In this document: one piece after another, positions 54,488 to 64,000 of the stretch
Layout: the number at the start of each line of letters is the position of its first letter
Numbering within the stretch: the stretch's first letter is position 1
Origin: Bugula neritina
Taxonomy: Eukaryota; Animalia; Bryozoa
Direction: 5' to 3'
Assembly (NCBI GenBank): GCA_964035545.1
Contig: OZ037771.1
Location: forward strand, 6,171,190 to 6,235,189
Length of the DNA stretch: 64,000 nucleotides
Program-made: the position numbers and the translations under genes
Notes under the pieces: model-generated
Database searches by the model: none
The model's input: the letters and a program-made list of their open reading frames with translations, nothing else
Told to the model about the DNA's origin: nothing

Positions 54488-56296
54488 ATGCAGCAATCTG
54501 CAGTGGAAGAAACTCTGAATACAAACATCACCCTCTACCTGGTCATGTTTTCCATCCCCTTGCTGATAATCATCATTGTGAGTGTACCTTCTAATTATAT
54601 CTAGAGTCATATCTGCTACTAGCACCTCCTTAAAATATTTCAAATCATCAAATCATCTCACATTATAATTTTTAATGCTAAGTTTCAGATTATTATTTTC
54701 TGGTGTAAATGCTTGCATTAGTTTAGCATGGCCATTCATATTTAATTTGACAATCAATCTCACCTGTTTCATCAGCTGCTGACAATTCAACCTTTGATTG
54801 TTTATTTACATGTGATGTTGGAAACATAATATTATGATAGCTACACTCTCTGTAAAAGTATGTAAGCTTTAATGGGAAAAAATTTAACATTAATTTAATT
54901 TTTTTCCTTATTATATCTGAATTATAATAAACACAGCTTTATTTATCTGAGGCACTCTATTTATCCAGCATTTGGTTTTGTGGTGTTTCTAATTTCATTC
55001 TACAGTGTAAGAAATTTTCAGCATAATTGTATTCCACAATGCAAAAAAGTTTCTTGTTATTGTAGGTGTTGGTAGGCAAGTACGCAAAAAGAGAGATTTA
55101 CCGCAAAAATGAACAAATGACAAAGAATAGAATGGCAACATTGATTGGTACGTAGCATAGGCACCCTGTAACACTCACGCAGTGTATTTTCACAGGCTAA
55201 AGTCATTCTATCTAATGCATAACTGTTTCTGATGAAATTTTATCCTACAACTAAATAGAATGAAATACTAATTTTTTATAGTGCAGTGAATGCACTACAA
55301 GGAAAAGTCAAAATTGAGGTTTAATGTTTAAAATTTATAACTTGAAAATAATTCGTATTTATGTAAAACTTGTGCTTTGATACAAATGAGCAAAATTTTA
55401 GGCAACTGCTTGCAGCATTTACTATAACTATAATCCTCAGAGTTTGTCCTTTTCTTTCTCTCTCAACTAAACATAAAGACATATAATGTATTGTTGGTGT
55501 TGTAGCTTGAGGTGATAACAGCTGTAATTGCATTGAGAACTGGTTAATACTTCTCCTTGCACCTTGTATATTATTGATAGCCATATTTGTTGATAGAGAA
55601 TATGCCGGAAGGAGTTACTCCCACCTACATGAACATGGCGCAAAGCTCCGGTTCTAGTGTGTTTAGGAAGGAGCCACCCATTCTTATATATGTCACAGAG
55701 CATAAGTCACATTCAAGGCATTCAACATTGCCAAAGGTGTCTATTTTTATAGTCATATTCCACTTGATGATAGCCATGTTTCTATATGCTAAATTATAAC
55801 ACTAAACATTGTATTTTTATTTTTTTTACAAGTTTAATGTCTTTGAATATTTCATAACACTCAATATATTTTTGCTCTTTCTAATTTACCATATTCACTA
55901 ATCTGTGATATTACAACATGTTCAGTAAAAGAAATATCTGCATGAGCTAGTTGTTCCCAGTTTAACAGTGTCTCCAATCATATGTGTAGTTGTTTTATAA
56001 AAATACCACACATCCAGCTATATAACGCTATGCAATACATATACTTAGCTTCTTGTTTGATACTCTGTTTGTGTTGTTAGAACCAAACGCTGGACTGGCA
56101 TGAAAAGCCTGAACTGTTTTCACCAAACCTAAGTCTAGCTATGCCAGATCGGCAATCTCTGGCACTTCCTGAGAACATGTTTTCCATGGCTACGTCTGCC
56201 AACTCATTCGGAAATCTACACGGGAGCTTCAGTTTGCAAGATACGAGACGATCATCATACTCCCCCTATGATCCTTATACAACTTTTCGCTACTAA
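54488..56296 (+). CDS. Uncharacterised ~175-aa single-pass membrane protein with tyrosine motifs (transmembrane-adaptor-like); may be an alternative 3' end of the upstream gene
   Basis: Exons 54488 (acceptor 54471)-54577, 55066-55147, 55597-55736 and 56081-56296 are in frame: MQQSAVEETLNTNITLYLVMFSIPLLIIIIVLVGKYAKREIYRK...EGVTPTYMNMAQ...RRSSYSPYDPYTTFRY*. Confidence 0.72.
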
Positions 56297-57734
56297 TTTA
56301 GGGCTATCTATAGTCTTTTATCAGTATGTGTTGGAGCTGGTTTGCTGCAGTAGCAATCTGTTGATATTTTTCCTAGTTTCAAATATTTTTCAGATGTTTC
56401 ACGTGGTTCAAATAAATATTAATGCAGTAATGCTAATGCGCTGTATTATGCTGCACAATGTAGGTGTGTGTATGTGTTGAAAACCCGTTTATTATAAGAT
56501 TAAAAATAAAGATATGGCTTATAGAGAAAAAGATGGGATAGAGAGATAAGTTTAGTCCATATTCATTTTCCTACAATTAGTTTTACACACGAGATGCATA
56601 TCTTATATACGTTAAACTCTTTCAAAATTTAGTATCTGATTCTAATGGATAATTAACGTTTTCTATTGTTCTTTTGTTTTGTGAATACAACCAACTTTGT
56701 ATAAAGAAGCCTGTGTACTGCAGTGTGTCTTGCTCTTGAGAAGAGCATTAGTTAAACAGTTCAGCATACAGTCTGGCATGCATTAGTTAAACCTAGGCTT
56801 CTGCAATGCAACGCAATGCTAACTAGATTCTAAAAATTTATTTGCACATTCACAGGAGTGATGAGACTGTCTATACTCATGTCTGTAGTAGAAAAAGCAG
56901 TCAAGCAATTTAATTTCAATTTGTTAGTTCATATAAGTATTTCTTAGTAATTTTATTATATATCTTGGATATGTGTCAACCAGTTTATACCAGGGGTGTC
57001 TAGCATACCCCTCCCCTTTATAGGGGGCATCTAACAGCTGTACATACAATAGTATCTTAATCAAATACAACATGTCACAACATGCTGTTGTGGACTTACG
57101 GTGTGGTAAATTTGCAATCAGATTTTTTAATTTCAATTACAATACTCTCCAACATATCCTTTTGAACAGAATTTACAGACAAGAAAATTTTATGTATATG
57201 GAAAAACTATGCACACATCCAAAATTGCACAACTGTTTTTAGGTGCACTCTCTACTCAAACTTTCAGAATTTTACATTAGTATTAGTACTATCAAAGGGT
57301 TAAAGTTCATGGACAAGGCTAATAGATAACACTGCATAATAATATTAGTATCATAATAATAATTAGGGATGCTGGCGACGCTATTCAGCTGCGTCAGTTA
57401 AAAATGGGCGTGACTTATAAAATTTCAAACTAAACTAAAATTGTGGACGCTAAAATCAATCGTAATTTATCGATTTATTATCTGAGTTAACTTGCCAGGG
57501 GCTTAACTCCAATACTTTGATGATCGTGCAATTGGCTGCCCACGCTTTAATATTCACTGCGGTGCTTCAACTGTTTCGAGGATCAACAAAGCTTGCTTGA
57601 GCATTTTCAAAATCAACTTTAGTAAAAAAATTAATTTTATTTAATACAATTCTGTCTATTCGAGCTTACTATTTATTTAGCACTTGCTTTTGGTTGTTAT
57701 ATTTCAGCATTTTATTGGCAAAACGTAGTCAAAC

Positions 57735-60655
<2,921 letters not shown>

Positions 60656-61026
60656 CTTTACATCTGTCTGCCTTGCTTGGTCATCAGTTGACAATCTCGC
60701 TTCAGTTATCTTCTCTCTGCCGGTTGAAGTTGAGGCTATTTGCTGCAGATAGCAGTTGAAACTGATGTACTCTGTAAACTAAGTGCTGCCAAGTTGTATT
60801 TCATTTATATAGTTGACTAAAAGTGCTGTACATTTTCTGATTTTTTTATAGTTTTATCTTACCAGAATATATTGTAAAATTCATGTCTGTTTGTGTTTGG
60901 AAGGATTGTGAAAAAGGTTGGCTGATGGTTTATTTTGTCTTACATTTATTAGTGTTCACAAAAATCTCAAAATTGAAAGTAGAATTTGCCAACTGCTTGT
61001 AATACAATGCAGAGTAATGCAGCCCT

Positions 61027-63528
61027 TTATTCTTGCATTTCTCTAGAGTTATCCGAAGGAATTCTCTTATGTATAAGGCTGTGACCTGTGTTAGTCTCAT
61101 CATCTGACTTAACTGCATGCCCCCAGACCTACAAATAGTATTCTTGTACTTGTATATTACCACAATACTTGCATGTTACCACAGTATATTTAACAGCTGC
61201 ATGTTACCACTGTACATTTAACAGCTGCATGTTACCACTGTACATTCAATAGCCATATGTCACAACTCTTTCTCAAAAGAATTATGCAAATGGAAAAATG
61301 CATGCAATTTCGCCTTATAATCTGGTGTACAATGCAAAACGTATTCCTAGCAGTTGTAACTGTCTAAAATTAGAACTTCTATGAAACTACGTCTTAGCAC
61401 TTTTTTCTATATAATTATTTAATTTTTAAAGAGTAGGCCTACTACGCTCCATCAATTGTTGAGTTGAGATTTATGAGTAACTTATGCCCTGTTACTTAGG
61501 CTATTTCATAAATTCAACAACTGACTATAACATCTGATGCACACAGTGAGTATAGAAGACTTACCTGAGTTCTCTCTGGGTGGTAGAATGGTATGGAGGT
61601 AGCCAGTTGCAAGTAGAACACCGTCTCTCTAAACAACCCAGACTCCTCTATAGAACTGTGGGGCTCCCTGTTGTAGTGACACCCATTCAGGATAACGTAG
61701 AATATTGGAGTAACTATGGTTTGGTAAGTCCTCATTATCAGGTCCTTGGACCTTGTGTGCTCCAAGTAACAGAACTTGCCACCCTGAAGAATCACACAGA
61801 CATTTCTATGACATTTCGAAATTTGCTATACATACGTCTAAATGCTGTTCAGTGTAGGCTGAAACACGTATGTACGTATAGGTAGCAAGTGATTTATGGC
61901 CCATTATTCTGCTTTCTTCTTGAATATAATTGTTCTATTTTAAAGTCTTAAATAGTCTTGTTCAATGGCTTAGCATAAATTAATAACAAACTATTCAACT
62001 TAGAAACTATATGCCTAAAATTAAGTTACCGGTTTGAGAACATAGTGGATATTCTTTAGAGCTTCTCGAACATCTTTGACTGAACACAAGACGTAAGTAC
62101 AGACCACGTAGTCCACACTATTGGCTGGAATGAGACCCGGCAAATTCTCAACCATTCCTTTCACCACCTCATAAGATTTCAAGTGTCTCCCAAATCTGTT
62201 GGAGCAAATAGAATTTGTAAAAAATCATGTTTTTAAAGCTGTTTTGATATTAATTTCAGCAAAAAAGTTGAATAGTTAATAAACTATTTAGTAATATATT
62301 CAAATTATGCAAAAAAACTTCAAGGTTTTTGAAAAAAGCAGACAAAATAAACACTCCTGTTTTTGAAAAAGCTGTGGGAATAAAAACAATGTACCAGGGT
62401 TCAAATTTTTACATACATGCAGAAACATTACTGCTTAAATTGAAGCACAACTTATAGGAAGGAGATAGTAAACCAGTACGGAGGTCCTAGGTAAACACGT
62501 TTGTCTGAAACTTTGTTGGGTCTTTTGTTAGAACCTCTTTCTGATTTACTGTGTGCAACTTCCCTACCCCATGGATGTTTTTAGATAAGCTCGTAGTTTA
62601 TTCTATACAGTTTAAACTATTTTTAAGGCTTTATTGCATTCGGATTCAGAGTTATCATCTCACAAATTAAACTTCTCTCTAATAATGTTATCAAATATGT
62701 GTAGCTGCAGCATTGGAAACATTTCATTGGCCTATATTTTTATTGTTGTTATTATATATATAATTTAAATGGTAAGGGTAGACAGTTTATCTGAAAACTC
62801 ACTAAACTGTTTGTGAAAATTTGTTTATCTAGAGTGGTAACATGTAGTTTATAATGAAAAATTGATGTTTGTTTAAAGCGAAGGTAAAATATTTATTTGG
62901 GAAGAAGGTTAATTTAGGTATAACTTGAAAGTAATAAAACAGCAAGACACCATAAAGTAAAGCCTCCCTGCAGGACCCATATTGCATAAGTAGCCTATTA
63001 AGTATAGAAAAAGTCAAATGTGTATTCTGTATCAGTTAACTACAAAAAGCACATAAAAGGAATTGGTATCCCACACCATGCTTTCTACTCAACCAGAAGT
63101 AGCTGACAAATTAAAACAGCATCGGGTGCTCTTTGCATTGCTGCAGTGTGTCAATACTCAACACTAAATCAAATTGGTGAGGCTACAACTCTAGTCAATT
63201 ATACGACCATTCAACATGTTCTAGTAAAATATTTATAGTTGCTAAACTTTATGCACACAGTTTTTACTCAAACATGCAGCTTCTATGCTAAATAACTTCA
63301 CATGTCACATTTACATATCAACTTACCTTATTAACATATTATATTAGATGTTTTTCATACCTCTCAAAGCTATTGTGGAGATGCTCATCGAACTCAGTGA
63401 CGGGCTCCAAACATGTGACCACACTATTCAAAGGGTAGTATCGGAAGTTAGCTCCCCCACCTGAACCTATCTCCAATATCTTGACTCCCATATCTGTCCT
63501 CATACAGCTGAACATTTCTTCTCTCCAT
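61027..63528 (-). CDS. METTL7A: METTL7/TMT1-like class I SAM-dependent (thiol) methyltransferase; last four coding exons, 5' end not identified in the window
   Basis: Exons 63528-63361 (ILEIGSGGGANFRYYP...VTCLEP, SAM motif I), 62195-62030 (SVDYVVCTYVLCSV...VLKP), 61783-61565 (GGKFCYLEH...GCHYNR) and 61128-61027 (VWGHAVK...*). The symbol indicates family only; 7A versus 7B cannot be resolved. Confidence 0.9.
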
Positions 63529-63694
63529 CTAGTTTAAATAACACGCATGCAGCAGCAGCAAATTTAATTAACAACAATTCACTTTATAATCAGCCATAGT
63601 ATAGACTCTAGACCATAGTAACTTAGTTTGTTTGTTTGTTTGTTTGTATTTTCATAAAATAGTAGTTTATGTCATAGGTTGAAAAATAGAAAAA

Positions 63695-63842
63695 AATCAG
63701 TGATGAGGGTCCATATGCACAATAGCAGAAGGTTAGCGGTTTGAATCCTAGTAAAAGCCATTGGTGACATTGGGAAAGAAATTTAGTCCTAGTTAATCAT
63801 TTGTTAGAATGAAAGCAAGTCTTTGGTCCATTTAAAAAGGGT
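63695..63842 (+). mobile_element. tRNA-headed SINE, copy 4 (diverged)
   Basis: ggtttgaatcctagtaaaagccattggtgacattgggaaagaaatttagtc aligns loosely with the B box and core of the other copies. Confidence 0.6.
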
Positions 63843-64000
63843 TATACTTCAAAAACAAACGTAAGTTTTTTTGTTTTATAAGCATGCAGGTATAGTTTTA
63901 TAAGCATGCAGGTACAATTTTATAGTCATGGTTAGAGCTATGCAACTGGACGCTAAGCTAAAAAACATGTGCAATATTTGGCTCTAGCAGACGTTTTAAC

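Overview
AT-rich, intron-dense genomic DNA from an animal, probably a marine invertebrate; the taxon cannot be fixed from sequence alone. I reconstructed seven protein-coding units by hand from GT-AG splice sites and reading-frame continuity. (1) The 3' end of TCTP (+). (2) A ~33.5-kb, ~42-exon minus-strand gene for a ~4,200-aa type I membrane protein: signal peptide, chitin-binding CBM14, WSC, vWA, WSC, WSC-like, roughly 85-90 Notch-type EGF repeats, TM and a ~40-aa tail ending in an acidic dileucine motif. One 6,648-bp exon encodes over half of it. (3) A GH3-domain protein, GHDC-like (+). (4) An uncharacterised 426-aa EGF/EB-module single-pass protein with an ITIM-like motif (+). (5) An uncharacterised ~175-aa single-pass adaptor-like ORF with a CD28-type YMNM motif, which may instead be an alternative tail of gene 4 (+). 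(6) Centrin (+). (7) The 3' part of a METTL7/TMT1-like methyltransferase (-). Non-coding content includes a decayed R4/Dong-like non-LTR retrotransposon, four copies of a tRNA-headed SINE, three TIR elements and many minisatellites, several of which copy exon-intron junctions. Best candidates for something undescribed: the giant carbohydrate-binding EGF-stalk receptor with a cleavable loop inside an EGF module, and the adjacent ITIM-like/YMNM membrane-protein pair. Gene models and repeat counts are manual and need RNA-seq and HMM confirmation.
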